Below, piece after piece: positions 23,190-35,909 of a DNA stretch of 48,750 bases. Every line of letters begins with the position of its first letter. Positions within the stretch are counted from its first letter, which is position 1. The notes beneath the pieces were generated by a model. That model made no database searches, was not told the origin of the DNA, and saw nothing but the letters and a program-made list of their open reading frames with translations. A program made the position numbers and the translations under genes. This DNA comes from Folioceros fuciformis (Eukaryota), in the NCBI GenBank assembly GCA_049999805.1, contig JBNGIO010005423.1:1-48750 (forward strand), given 5' to 3'.

Positions 23190-24100
23190 TTGGCCATTAT
23201 ATATAGCCAGGCCCTAATTAAATTAAATAAACTAAACTAATTAGCTAGATACGAATCGACAGATTCCTATCAACACGACTTAGGGTCGTGTCCCAACGTC
23301 CAACGGTCGTAGGCCACGGGACACCACCAACGGGTTCTCCCGCGCCTGTATAAACCGCCACACGGCCCTACAAAAATATTCATTTATTCGTTTTTCTTTC
23401 CTCTCGATCACCTGATCTCAGTGTTCTCGATCCTGTCGATCGTCATGGTATCAGAGCCTGATGGACTCTGCCGGGCTTCCAATTATCTGTGCAACCTGCA
23501 ACAGCGCAAATTGCGTCAAGAACTTGCTGCTCGGATGCATGCATGCTCGGATCTGCATATTTGGTGATGTCATCTTGATGCATGTCCTTTGTATGGTTTT
23601 CCTATAGGTCACCTGGCTAAGCCATCAGCAGGAGAAAGTGGTATAAAGGAAACCAAGCTTTGCTTCGTTTCCTTTATACCACTTTGTCAGCGATGTCCTC
23701 GGGCCTAGGTGCTGCGTTCTTCCAGCACACCAAAAGGGCTGTGAGCCGGAGCGCATTAAGCAAGAACGCTACCGGAATGGGTCAAAACATGCCTGCATCA
23801 TGTACGATACCAACAATAATGGACCTCAACCAGCGCGCATCTATCACACTACATCAAACAATGGGACTCAACTTGCAAGCCTCAATTCTGATTGGTGCAA
23901 CAACGACTAACTACATGAATCACGACAAGCAGAGGACTGTCGTGCAAATCAGCAAGGTGGCAACATTTGGGGAGTCCTAGGAAGGACAATCCCGGATATG
24001 CCTTGTCCTAGCACTCTTGCAATTGAAGAACAACTCCATCAAAAAGAAAGTGAGTCATGGTCATAGGAGCAAGTTTGAGATGATGGAGCACCTACGGCTT
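23190..24100 (+). mobile_element. Second LTR retrotransposon fragment (LTR end, tRNA-iMet PBS and leader)
   Basis: ...GATCGTCA (23445) directly followed by TGGTATCAGAGC (23446-23457); TATA-like TATAAA at ~23349; purine run AAAAGGAGG at ~23180. No pol is recognisable. Confidence 0.65.
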
Positions 24101-26013
24101 CCCCCCAAAACTGTTTTCCTACGCTACGAGAGGGAATCATGAAAGTTGTAGTGTAAGCAACTGGGCCAGCTCAGGGTACATGCGTTGGCTGGGAGTTCCT
24201 CCATTACACTTCTGCACCTTTCGGAGGGGCACACAGAAAACCAGCTCCGTATGTATGACACACAAGTACAAGGCCTTTCTCCTATAGGTATGGCGCTCTC
24301 CAAGTGCAACTTCGAAGACTAACTTCCTTGCCCCTACCCTCCTAGTGTTAGTACCTATTAGTGTTCACATTTGCTGGGTTCTACCATTTTTGTAGCGACT
24401 TCAATCTAGCTACACCCTAATCACTACGTTCCCAATTTAATGAAATAAAAGGGAATACTAGCCATTATCCATATTGTGCTAAGGGACGAACGGAAAGCTA
24501 TGAATACAAACGTTCCTTACCTTCCTTCTTGTGCTTGAGCGTAGTAGTGGAAGTAGTATCAGGAGGCCCGGAAGTCTTAATTGTAGAATGAACAGGTTAC
24601 CAGTCCCGACCTCCCTAGCATATTACTGTCAGGAATCAAGCAAGCATGAAGCATAACCTTTCATATGGTCATGGCTTCGGGTCCAGTAATCTAAACCCTC
24701 ATGGCCCGTGGTACATCACCAAGGACTCGTGGCCATGCATTTGGTTATGAAAACATCCCACCTGTACACAAAACGGGTCCTCATACATCAGCATCTACTA
24801 CCCAATCTTTACTCCCTCTCCCTATCATACCCTACGTATCATATACTAGCCCTCCCTTGCATAGCCATGCCTAGCCAACCTAAGCAACTCCACGACTGAC
24901 CTCCACCTTCGGAGTGAGTTGCTGCACCCTCTCCTTCAAGTTGCCTAGCCTAGTATGCATGCTGGCCTTTAGTGAGTTCAGGCACTCCATGAGCCCTCCT
25001 GGCAAGCTTTCCACAATTGTGTCCCCATTGGTCCACATGTTGAAAGGAGTGGGGGAATATGAAGATTGTATATGCTACTAAAGTGAGCACAGTGATGTGG
25101 GCATGTAGAACACGAGCATATAGGGGATACCCTTCCATATATTCCCATAATGAGTAGGTTTCAGAGCAAAATTGGATGAGAGGGTGGCCAATGTGTGAAT
25201 GGCTTGTGCATAAGGGAGCATCACGAAAGGGCATCGTGAAGTCCTACACATCCTAGACCCTAGTATGCGAGGGAGGAGGCAACCAAGAAGGTCGAAGGCA
25301 TTGCCCTTGGTGGTCCAGAGATGGTGAACCTCATGAGCTTTGGAGGAAGTTGGTGTTAGGAGATTGCCATTGTATCACCATACAATGTCACGTTGGATAG
25401 GTGGTGTGGAATGTGGTGTAGGTGCATTGTTGCCTTAATCTTCTAGTGGTAAGAATATGACTTTGTTGTGAACCTATAAGGGCAGATGTAATTGATGAGG
25501 TGGCTAATTCTATGCCAAATTGTGAAGCTATCACTTGCATAGAACGCTTGAAGCAGGTTGGCAAAGCACTATAAATGTGGACAAAAAGGGTTGTAACAAG
25601 GAACTGTGCGTATGGATGGCAACGGCTCCAAAGTCTTGACCAAATTAAACAGCCCCAAATTCTTGGGGAGGCATGTTGATGTGGGCTATGGAGGAAATGC
25701 ATGTGAACAAGGATGAAGAGGAATTGCTTGGAACAAGAGTGTAACAAAGGGGTTAGTGTAAGGAGCACCAACACACAAAGTACAGAAAACACAATGGCTA
25801 AGGCCTAGGAATTGCATAATGTTGTCGAAAAAAGACAAAATTGGATGATAGGGTTGGACACAAACTCCGGGCTTTTTCTACGCCAAATGCTGTAGTGTGG
25901 AACGTCCATTGTGCACATACTTGCAAAGGGGTAGACCTCACATTGCACGATGTACGAGGAGAAGAGGTAAAGAGCTCATTTCCATCAACAATAGGGACAG
26001 TGGATGGACACGC

Positions 26014-27673
26014 TGACATGTGCATAAGAAAAAAAAGTATAACACCCTTGGGTTTGTCACCATCGAGACCCCTAGATGGCGCCCTACAACCGAATGGGGC
26101 AGATTTGTGACGTCCAAAACATTGGACCATACATTGCCGTGCAAAAGTTTGTGTTACATATGGCATCGCCGTATCGGTATTCCATGGAACATACCCCAAG
26201 ATGCCTATCTACCCTTGTCTGCTTTAGGAATCACCAACAAGTGCCCAGTGTAGCCATACAGGTACCCGAAGGTTGCACATGGTTTACCAAGGCCTAGCCT
26301 CACGACGAGCACGACATCTTGCAGAACACTTTATACACAAACAAGAATGAACCCTTGGTAGGGAAGGGGGCAATGTCTGCGTGAACACAACTACGGTAGA
26401 GTGTGGACCCACCAGGCATGGAGAATGAATTGCAAACCACATGTGCTTTGTATGTACCCGACCCTCAACCCAAAACCACCCTGCCATGTTGTTGCCAATG
26501 TTGGGTAGGTCGTACAAACGGGTCCACCATAGGAGTCATGGACAATGAACTGCAAACGCCATCTTGCCGTAGATCAGTGATGGTAGCCCTACCCGCCAGT
26601 GCTCCTATACATGCACACCCACCAACCCATGCTCCAATGGTGCCGGTGTGTATGGAATTGTGACGAATGTAAGTCCAAATAAGGCATAAGGGCCCATGTC
26701 GGTGCCACTGTGGCCAACGGACAAAGGCGAATAAACAAGACTCTACCAACATGCTGGACTGTAGTGCATACAAAAATAAAAGCGGAAATGACAAGAAAAA
26801 CATGAAATGGGCCGTAGGGTCCATGCCCATGACCATTCCGCGGAAGGAACGTACGCTTCAGCAGGTTGTGTGGTGGAGTGGGGAATACACGGAGATGACC
26901 CTGAGGCGGGGCAGTGGTGTGGATGGAGGCGAGAGAGACGTATGCATCCAAGGCTAAACGCTGGACGCTGGCGTGCGCACCCAAGGCTGAACACTGACGT
27001 GTGCATAAGAAAAAATAGTATGACACCCTTGGTTTTGTCACCATCAGGACCCCTAGATGGCCCCCTATGATCGAATGGGGCAGATTTGTGACGTCCAAAA
27101 CATTGGACCATATACCACCGCACAAAACTTTGTATTACCATATCCACTTTGCATCACCATATCCATATTCCATGGAACATACCCCAAGATGCATGTCTAC
27201 CCTTGTTTGCTTTAGGAATCACCAACAAGTGCCCAGTGTAGCCATATAGGTACTCGAAGGTTGCACACGGTTTACCAAGGCCTAGCCTCACGACGAGCAC
27301 GACATATTGCAGAACACCTTATACACAAACAAGAATGAACCCTTGGTAGGGAAGGGTTTCTACACAAACAAGAATGAACCCTTGGTAGGGAAGGGTTTAT
27401 ACACAAANNNNNNNNNNGGGAAGGGTTTATACACAAACAAGAATGAACCCTTGGTAGGGAAGGGGGCAATGAGTGCGCGAACACAACTATAGTAGAGTGT
27501 GTACCCACCATGCATGGAGAATGAATTGCAACCCACATGCTACTTTGTATGTACCCGACCCTCAACCCAAAACCACACTGCCACGTAGTTGCCAATGCTG
27601 GGTAGGTCGTGCAAACGGATCCACCATAATAGTCATGGGCAATGAAATGCAAATGACATCTTGCCGTAAATCA
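26014..27673. repeat. Pair of ~560-bp diverged direct repeats (26014-26577 and 26995-27673)
   Basis: Both run TGAC(A/G)TGTGCATAAGAAAAAA...GGCAGATTTGTGACGTCCAAAACATTGGACCATA...ATCTTGCCGTA(G/A)ATCA; the second copy has a 39-bp unit amplified around an N gap. Confidence 0.85.
27408..27417. other. Assembly gap (10 N)
   Basis: Run of N inside the 39-bp TACACAAACAAGAATGAACCCTTGGTAGGGAAGGG repeat. Confidence 1.
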
Positions 27674-28599
27674 TGCAATAATATACACTTCACACCTTTT
27701 ATGTTTTAGTTCACCAACACCAAGTACGTATGTAATTATTTTCTTTTACATATTTTATTAATCTATAAAGTATTAAAAGTTAAGAGTACTTGATTGTTCT
27801 TTCATACTTGTTAGGAACTATTTGTATATTATAACAAGTACAAAACGTAGGGATGCACACATGACTTTGCAATGTTGCAAATTGATTGGGTAGACACATG
27901 ATTTTGTGGTGTAACAAAAGATTTGGAGAGAAATAAAATCATAGTGGATCCTCAACTACACTTCCTTCAGTATCTAGCAAAGAGGGAAGAACCAAAGTCT
28001 CATAATATTGAAGCCTCTTTTGTGTCTTCTCTACACCTTTTTTATTTTTCAAAGGAAGGGAAATATTTGATCCCAAGTCTTAAGATGCCAATGTTTTATA
28101 AAAGCATCTTTTGAAAAGTGGATACCCTAGAAAATTAGGAATGTGGGAGAAAGGACCTCTTCTTATTAAAGAGTCATTTCTACATTGAGAACTAAGGTGA
28201 ATAGTAAAGAAGATAACAAACTATAGAAAAAATTATAATAAGAAAAAATAATGAAGTCCAAAGTATACGTAAATACAAAAGTTGTCAAGTCTCTAGGCCT
28301 ATATGTATTGAATTTCAATGAAAAGGTTTCTATTGACCTAATTAAGTAGCTTAATAAATATATTTTATACAGCAATGTGGCAGGATATATATACCAATGT
28401 TATGAGCGTATGAAATATATGAAATAATGTAACTATCTCCTCGCGAACATGTAACTATCTCCTCGCGAACAACGTGCGGTTCTCTGCACGAACTGCAAAG
28501 GAAACCCAGATTCGAAATGAGGATGTTTGAGAACTGTACAGCGGTCCAATATATGCTCAATGTGTGATTTTGAACTGGATGTTATTACTTCTCTTTATC

Positions 28600-29060
28600 T
28601 TTGAACTGCGGTAGTGGAGGAAAGATGTGCTTATTTATACTACTTTACTATCTGCACTAGTTGAGGAAAGACACCAGGCAAAGGCGGGGAAAATATAGTG
28701 GGAGACGGTTTCGGGCAATGAGCAAGATGTCATACGGCGGCTAATCACCGTATACAACATTTCTGGAGGGCGAGATGGGATGACGGCGAACGCCCAGTGG
28801 CTGTGTGCGGGCGTCGCGTGACTCCTGTCAGCCATGGCTCGGAGGGTAGGGAGGTTGGATCTCTCAGGACAATTGACCTCTACAAAAACACGGGGAAGCT
28901 CGTCCTGTCGCTGTGTAAGGTCCGTGAACGAGCTCCGAGACAGCACAGGTCGTGCTGTCACCTGCGCCAGTCAAACAGGTCGGCCTTCAAAATAAGGGGT
29001 GTGAATTCCCGTCGCGCGCTGCGCATTCTCAATTTGCTTCACACAAAGTCTTCACCTGCT
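28600..29060 (+). pseudogene. Second copy of the PPR-like relic tail, convergent with CYP copy 2
   Basis: Colinear DNA similarity to ~7020-7470; peptides LLSALVEERHQAKAGKI, RLITVYNISG, LLSAMARRVGRLD, DLYKNTGKLVLSL. Confidence 0.45.
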
Positions 29061-29070
29061 CCTCAAGGCC

Positions 29071-30991
29071 TTACTGGTATAGGTGAAGAGGAAGACGAGG
29101 CGAAGGAACCGCCAGAAGCGGCTTGGCGCGTGGCAAGGTGAGGCCGAACTTCTCCCCCATATCCAACTCATGGGGTGCCTGACCCTGTGGCAGCGCCCAA
29201 TCGAAGCTATGCACCAGCGTTGCCAGCGAGTACTGTACCATGGCAATCGCAAAGTGGATACCAGGGCAAGCTCGTCTGCCGGAGCCAAAAGGGAGCAGCT
29301 GGAAGTGCTGGCCTCGCACGTCGATGTCGCTGTTGAGGAACCTGTCAGGCTGAAACTCGAGCGGATTCTCCCACAAGCCGGGATTCCGACCGATGCTCCA
29401 CACATTCACGAAGGTGGTGGTCTCGGCAGGAATACGAAAGCCTGCAACCTCGCACGCCTCGGTGCTTGCATGAGGAAGCAGCAAGGGCCCGGCAGGATGA
29501 AGGCGGAAGGTTTCCTTCACCACAGCTTGGAGGTAGGGAAGATTCCGGAGATCGGTTTCAGCGACTAATCTCTCTTTCCCTAGCACCGCGTCCATTTCTC
29601 GGTGCACCCGTTGCACAACCTTGGGATTCCGCAGGAGTTCTGACAAGGCCCACTCCACTGTGATGCTAGACGTTTCCGTGCCAGCAGTGAGCACGTCCTG
29701 CACACAATGTCTAGTCTGTATTTCAGGGCACACTGCACGAATTGTGGGCAGAATCTAGTGCTAGGAAGACACAGCCTGAAGGAAATCGATTGGTACAAGG
29801 ATGCGTACCAGGGCCAATCCCTTTATGACATGCTCCTCCAAATGTGGACCACCATCTTCTCCCGGGAGAGAGAGCAAGATGTCGAGGTAATTTCTGGCTT
29901 CTTTCTCGTCTCTGGTACGCCTCTGTGCCTCCAGCACGCCGGACAGAAAAGAGTCAAATCTCTTGTGAACTCGGCGCATTTTCTTCTCGTAATTCATTAT
30001 CCGATCCAGGAAGCCCAAGTATGGGATGACGTCTCCTATCATAGACACTCCAGCGAGAAAGAACAGATCGTCGATGAGACTTTTGAATTCTGCAACCAGT
30101 TCCTGCCCCAAAAATTGGCACGGTCAGATAGACATGTCCGGTAGCGAAGACGGGGAGAGAGAGAGAGAGTCGTGAGTGGTTGGGATGATGAGGCACAAAC
30201 CCCTTCCTCGGCTTCGGTGGTTTGAGAGGATTCAGTGTAGGAGAAGAATGTCTTGCTCATCAATATACGCGTAACAACGTTGACGGAAAGGGCCCACGAT
30301 CTCTCCTGAACGTTCACCGGCACCATAGGAGACCTCTTGCTGTCCTCCAGTATGGACTTAACCAGTCGAGACAACTCCTCCGTCCTCACATTCCCGAACT
30401 CTTGGACCCGCTTTGCACTCAGCAGCTCTCCATTCGAGATCTTCCTGCGCATGAATACCAATAAGACGGGACGTGACTGTTTGCACCCCGATGGACTGCC
30501 CTGGACCGGGATGCCGGACCACGTCCCGCATTAATCACAACCACGGTCCTCACGAAACGTGGTGGATGTGCAGCGACGACTGACCTGAGGAATCTCCAGT
30601 GCGCGCCGTAGGTGGCGAACCCCATGGTGTTATCCCCATACCCCAGGGCGTCCTTGGCAGTCAAGAAGGGCCGGTTCGCGAACTCCGCGTCCTGAGTCTT
30701 GAGCACGACTTTAGCAATGTCCGGAGAGGACACGACAATCGCCTGCTTCGACCCCAGCCGCAGTGACATGATGGGACCATACTGCTGGGCTAGGCGGTGT
30801 AACTCCTGGTGCGGAAGTTTGGAAGTCACCAGAACGAGGAGGTTGCCGAACACCGGCAGCCCTGGAGGACCAGGCGGCAGCCTGCTGCTGCTGCTCTGCT
30901 TCCGACGCTGCAGCACCACAGCCAACGCTACCAGTCCCAGCACCAAGTACAACCACCACGCCGTGAGCGCATGACCGGCGTCGTCTGCCAT
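29071..30991 (-). CDS. Cytochrome P450, CYP71 clan, copy 2, 523 aa, 4 exons
   Basis: Exons 30991-30585, 30444-30201, 30102-29809, 29697-29071 (1572 nt) with canonical GT/CAG junctions and the same intron positions as copy 1; AGTETS, KETFR, FQPDRF and PFGSGRRACPG. Confidence 0.93.
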
Positions 30992-33249
30992 CGCCGTGCA
31001 GGCGTGAGAGGTAACTGGCGTTCAAAACTGAACGTAAGCTTCTGTCCTCTCGGAGAGAAGACCGAGGGGAGAGGTAGACGGGGACTGGGACTGGGACAAG
31101 ACAGGAGATGAGAGACACGCGTCCAGATTTGATGACGTGCGATTTGCGATGTGCAACTGCTCCACGTTGTTGGCGGAATCAAAGGGGCAATGGGTTCCCA
31201 CAATAGCATGTCAGGCAATGAGAATGACACAAATCTTTCGACGTCAGCGGCAAAGGATATCTCAGCTGTGAATCGGTTGCTTCGGGGCAAGGCCGGTCCG
31301 CCGTTCTACGAACTTACTCTACTCTTTGTTTATCATTTTCCATCTCTGATCTCGGCACTCCCGCACGTGAAGCGACGGCAACCGAGATTCCGGGAAACGA
31401 AGGTCACTACGGACCTGCACTCCTCTGCTCACCTTCCGTGCAAGCATCACCTTTTTGGTCCCCAATCCCACCTCCGTACTGTTGTCGGTGTGTACAACGA
31501 ACGGACCGTAGTACGCCGGGTTGGGCTGGCTTCAGGCCTTGCCCCCCTTTCACAACTCTAACAACATCCGGTCCGGTGTGTTATTTTACGCCCCAAAAAC
31601 CAACCAGCAACATGAACATCTAGAGACCATGATGCTTAGACTTTTTTTTCTTAATTTATGTCCTCGATTCACATATATATAGCATTTGGCATTTGGTTTG
31701 CTTGGCCGTGATCCAAACCCTCGATTCGCTCTCGTTTTGCTTGTAATTGAAGGTGTCACGCCTCAAAAACTTGGAAACCCACCTGCTTACTGCCTCATTG
31801 GTGGGTAGCACATGCTTATAGATTACTTACCTTGAAAGGAGCAACCCTTAAAAGCATCCTTATAAGGGTAGAGTATAAATTATCCTCTGCCCAACACAAG
31901 AGGTCGAACCTATTTCAATTTTAAGGAATTATTTAGTCTTTAATATATAATTATAATTATATATAATATATTACTAAAGTATTTTTTTAAAAAAATAATA
32001 TAGAAAATGGACCAAGAAAATACACATATCAATTACTTTAGAGATACATGGCAAGACGATATAGTGAAGCTAAAACTTTAAGAACATGTCACTTGTCAAG
32101 GAACTAACGTATCCAAGAGATGCTTGTCATAAATTGTAGTGTAGCATAGTAGAGAAGAAAAAGAAAAGAGAAGGAAAGAGATATGCGAATGCTATTGCTG
32201 TAATTTATAACTTGTATGGCACATTGTTGAGCAAAGGCCACACAAACCTAGAATTGGGATTTAGGGTTCCCAATACCCAAACTTTGCATTGCTCTAACAT
32301 GTCTTGGTTCTTAGTTTATTTTATAGTTTGACTAATGTTGTGCTATACTATGTGTACATAGTCTCCACCTCTTTCTTTGTAATATAGTTATTAACAAGAA
32401 AGAAAATTGATTGAAATTTTAAAAAATGTGATGGTTGGAAATAGAGTCCCTATGAAATTTGGTTCCAACCACATCAACTATGGAAACCTAGCCCACTAGA
32501 AGGTTGAGGTCTTCTGCAACTATCTCTAATGATACTCGAAAGGAAACTCTAAATCCCTCAAGCAAAGTATAATAGCACTCCTTATAGAGCAGAAAGGCCC
32601 CTTTCTTGGCCAAAGAAAAAAAATGATATCAAACACTACACAAGAAAAAAAAATGATATCAAACACTACACAAGCAATCTATTATTCTGTTGCTATGCAT
32701 TGAGCTAGATGTATTCCTAAGTTGTCTATGCCATAAACAACTTACAACATAGGAGATCCCACTAGGTTCTCTTAAGGTATATTGAGCTAGATGCATTCCT
32801 ATGCATTGAGCTAGATGCACGCCTCGGTTATCTATAAGAACTCTTCGGCTACATATTGAGAGACTAGGCCTTGGATAGGGTCAAACTAAATCAAAACCTT
32901 ATCACAATGGAGAATGTTGTTGATGCAATTCAGAAAGCTTGGATGCATGACTAAGTCAAAACTCAGGAACATGTGTGCTTTGGTCAACATGAGTATAACC
33001 ATACTCGAACTAACTAAGGAATCAAAGAGTCTCATAGAAGAGAGTTGCGCTTGCCCATCTAGTTGGAAGGAAGCCCCCTCACTTCCACAACACATGTAGG
33101 AGGAAGGTACCTTTCTACCAGATGAAAGATTCTCAACATGAGGAAATTCTTGATGAAGAAGAAGGATGCCAAGATAATGGTCGAGCTCTAGAGGAAGTCA
33201 GCCACCACTACCCAAAACTTTGAAGCTAAAAGAGAATGAAAAGACACAC

Positions 33250-35905
33250 CAACAGGTATGTGCTTCTTATTACTAGCTGTTGTGGAGTGAAATCTTGTGT
33301 CCGGAGCCACCATGAGGTCCACATTCACCCTCTATGTCGTTGTAGTCGTATGATTTGCTCCCAAGGAAATGATTTGTGCCAAAGAATGCTAACTTCTATC
33401 ACTACTCACCCTTACTTAAGTCAAGACTCAAGTACTACTACCCCTACTACCTACTAGCTCAACTGTTACTACCCCTAGTTAGCCCACCTACCGCAGACCT
33501 TACTCTACAGCTCTGGTTCCCACTCCACGACTGCGGTCGTTGTTCCGCGACTGGTAGTTGTTTCCACAACCATGGTAGGACCCACCCAAAACCCTAACTA
33601 ATATTTTTCCAACGCACTTGCTACCACGGGTTTCCACCACGAAATTTTGCCTCAAGGACTTCTAGACTCGCAGATTTGGCCTTATTGGATGCTCCCCACA
33701 CATGCAAATGCCAATCCTTGGGAAACAAGACCCTGCAAATCAGCTACACTTCTTCACACACAAAGCAAGACTCTCCACATATGAAAAACATACAAGAGCT
33801 TTGGTTCACACTCGTTTCTCATAGACCTGATTCCAAATGTCTCCAATCTTCCATCAATGTCCACAAATCTTCAGCAATCCCTCAACAATTCTCCGCAATC
33901 TTCCCCAATCTCTAGCAATCTTTAACAATCTTCCACAAACACCTAGAAATCTTTCAAAAATCTTCCAGAAATCATCTCCAATCTCCAGCAATCTTTCACA
34001 ATCTCTCAGCAATTCTCTTCAGTTAGTTGCAGTTAGTTCTTCTCCTCACTCTCAATCTCCTGCCTCTCACCTCGCATCGCGTTCAGTGATCAACCACACT
34101 TCTCCTCTCTTGCCTCACACCTCGCTTCGTGTTTAGTCCTTGGTCGCCCTTCTCTCCTTCTCTTCTCAGCTCACTCATACATCCTCTTCACACACATCCT
34201 CAAACTTCGTCTTCACAAACACTTTCACACTCAGAATTTTGGAACACAGCCAGCAGTTCAGGGTATAAAAGAAGAGGAAGTTTCTGGATGTCACAGCAGG
34301 CGTTATGAGCAAGCTCCAAACCCGGCCCATGCCAATCCTTCAACTCTTCTTCCGTTGTTAGCAAAGCTTGCTCAATCATACCCCTCAACACTAGCTGCGA
34401 AGCAAAGCTCTCGACCACCCTTAGGAGCTTCTCGCACACACTACCCACCTAGACCAGACGTCTCCAATCCAACCACAGGCAGTGCAGGGATCTCAACCGG
34501 GAAGTTGTCTCCTTAGAGAGGCACTGACAAGCCTCTTTATACAAAGTTTGCACAGCGGTGTCACAGCCCGCCATAAAGTTTAGGTCTAAAAAAAATCAAC
34601 TTGAAAGGTGCCCTTAATTACGGGCGGCATCAGGTCCAAGATAGCGTCTAGCCAAATCTTATCTAAATTCTATTTTTAAGATGCACTAACTCCTGGCCTA
34701 CCTCAACGCCGCGCTCTCCTCCTACCCGTTCTTATGGCCCTCCTTTCTCTGCTGCCAAATCCTCAGGCTCTCCTTCCACGCTGCTGATTAAGCAAATCCT
34801 CCCATAAAATTTCCACCTCACTCTTGCTAGCTGACCCCTTCTGGCTGGGCAAGGGTGGGGCCCACCTTGGGGTCCTCTCCTCCTCTACTAGCCGCCTGTT
34901 GCTAAGGACCAGCACAGGTTCTTCCTCCACCCAAGCTTGTGCCTCCTCTTCTGTGAGCTCCTTCAGGACTGCCTCCGCATAATAGAGGGTTAATCCCTGT
35001 ACCCACACACAATGGAAGAAGTATCCATTCTAGGTCCTCACTTGCAAAAGGTAAGCCCTGGTCCCTCGTATTCCCATATACACATGGAGAGTAAGGTTAA
35101 GAACCTGATCTCCATATACATAGAGACTAGGAATATAAGACTCTTCATCCATGTGCCTAAATACAATCTGGCCTTGTGCTTGCTTAATACCCCCTCCTCT
35201 CATGGGCTACCCCTAAGGGCTCCTCCCATGGGCTACCCCTTTTTGCCCACCAAGGATGCTGCAGTGCCTCCTGTCGATCTGCCTGCAGCTGTCTCTATTC
35301 TAGTCCTCCAAATGCGGGTAAGGGTTTCAGCAACCGAGGTTGCTGGTTCCACTACTATCGCTACTTACCCGACTGCGATAGGACTTCCCTTTCTTGGAGT
35401 CGTCTCCCTCCTACCGGTAGCGACTTCCACTACCTCGGTCGTGGACTTGCTATTCCGTTTGACCTTGCCCTTCCCCTTAACTCGGCTCTAGGCCTCATCC
35501 CGTTCCCATTTGTAACGGTCCACTAGCTTCTGGACCTTCTCCACAACGGCTGCTTCCTGCTCCTGTGCTTGCAACAACTCCTGCTGCATTTCCTTATTTG
35601 CTTCATGCACCTCTCTGACCTGGGTCAGGAGCAGTTCCCGTTGATCCTTCATGGCTTGCACCACTTCCAGGGCCTTATGCAATTCTTTCTACACCTGAGA
35701 TCTCACTTTGCCAAGGGCCTGTTGGGCTTCTTCTAGTTGTTTCCGTCTTGCTTCCTCTTTAGCCAGCTTGGCCTGTGCCACCTCATCTCGCTATCTCTGC
35801 ATTCTCAGCCAGGTGAGCGCTAGCGTGGCCTGATCCAACATGTCGCTAGTGACGCGCGCTTTCGCCTTCCTCCTCTTTGCAGGAGTCTTCTTGCTTCCTC
35901 CCGCT
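33250..35905 (-). mobile_element. LTR-retrotransposon-like remnant: decayed coiled-coil ORF (35905-34763) followed by an LTR-like tract
   Basis: In-frame E/Q/K-rich segments (DEVAQAKLAKEEARRKQLEE, ALEVVQAMKDQRELLLTQVRE) split by stops; motif similarity to 1585-1900. Confidence 0.45.
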
Positions 35906-35909
35906 AGAG

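Noticed and set aside
24422-24549. CACTA terminal inverted repeats
   Set aside because: The match is only ~6 bp, with no TSD, subterminal repeats or transposase.
27322-27464. 39-bp tandem amplification as a real repeat expansion
   Set aside because: It straddles the N gap and is single-copy in the sister repeat; likely a scaffolding artefact.
7482-30991. Assigning the P450s to MAX1/CYP711 or CYP703
   Set aside because: Motifs are A-type CYP71-clan, unlike CYP711, and the diagnostic CYP703 I-helix and heme motifs are absent.
31790-33220. AT-rich tract with short duplications (e.g. ~30 bp at 32612-32672; ATTGAGCTAGATG x3)
   Set aside because: Probably old TE debris; no terminal structure or domain could be supported.
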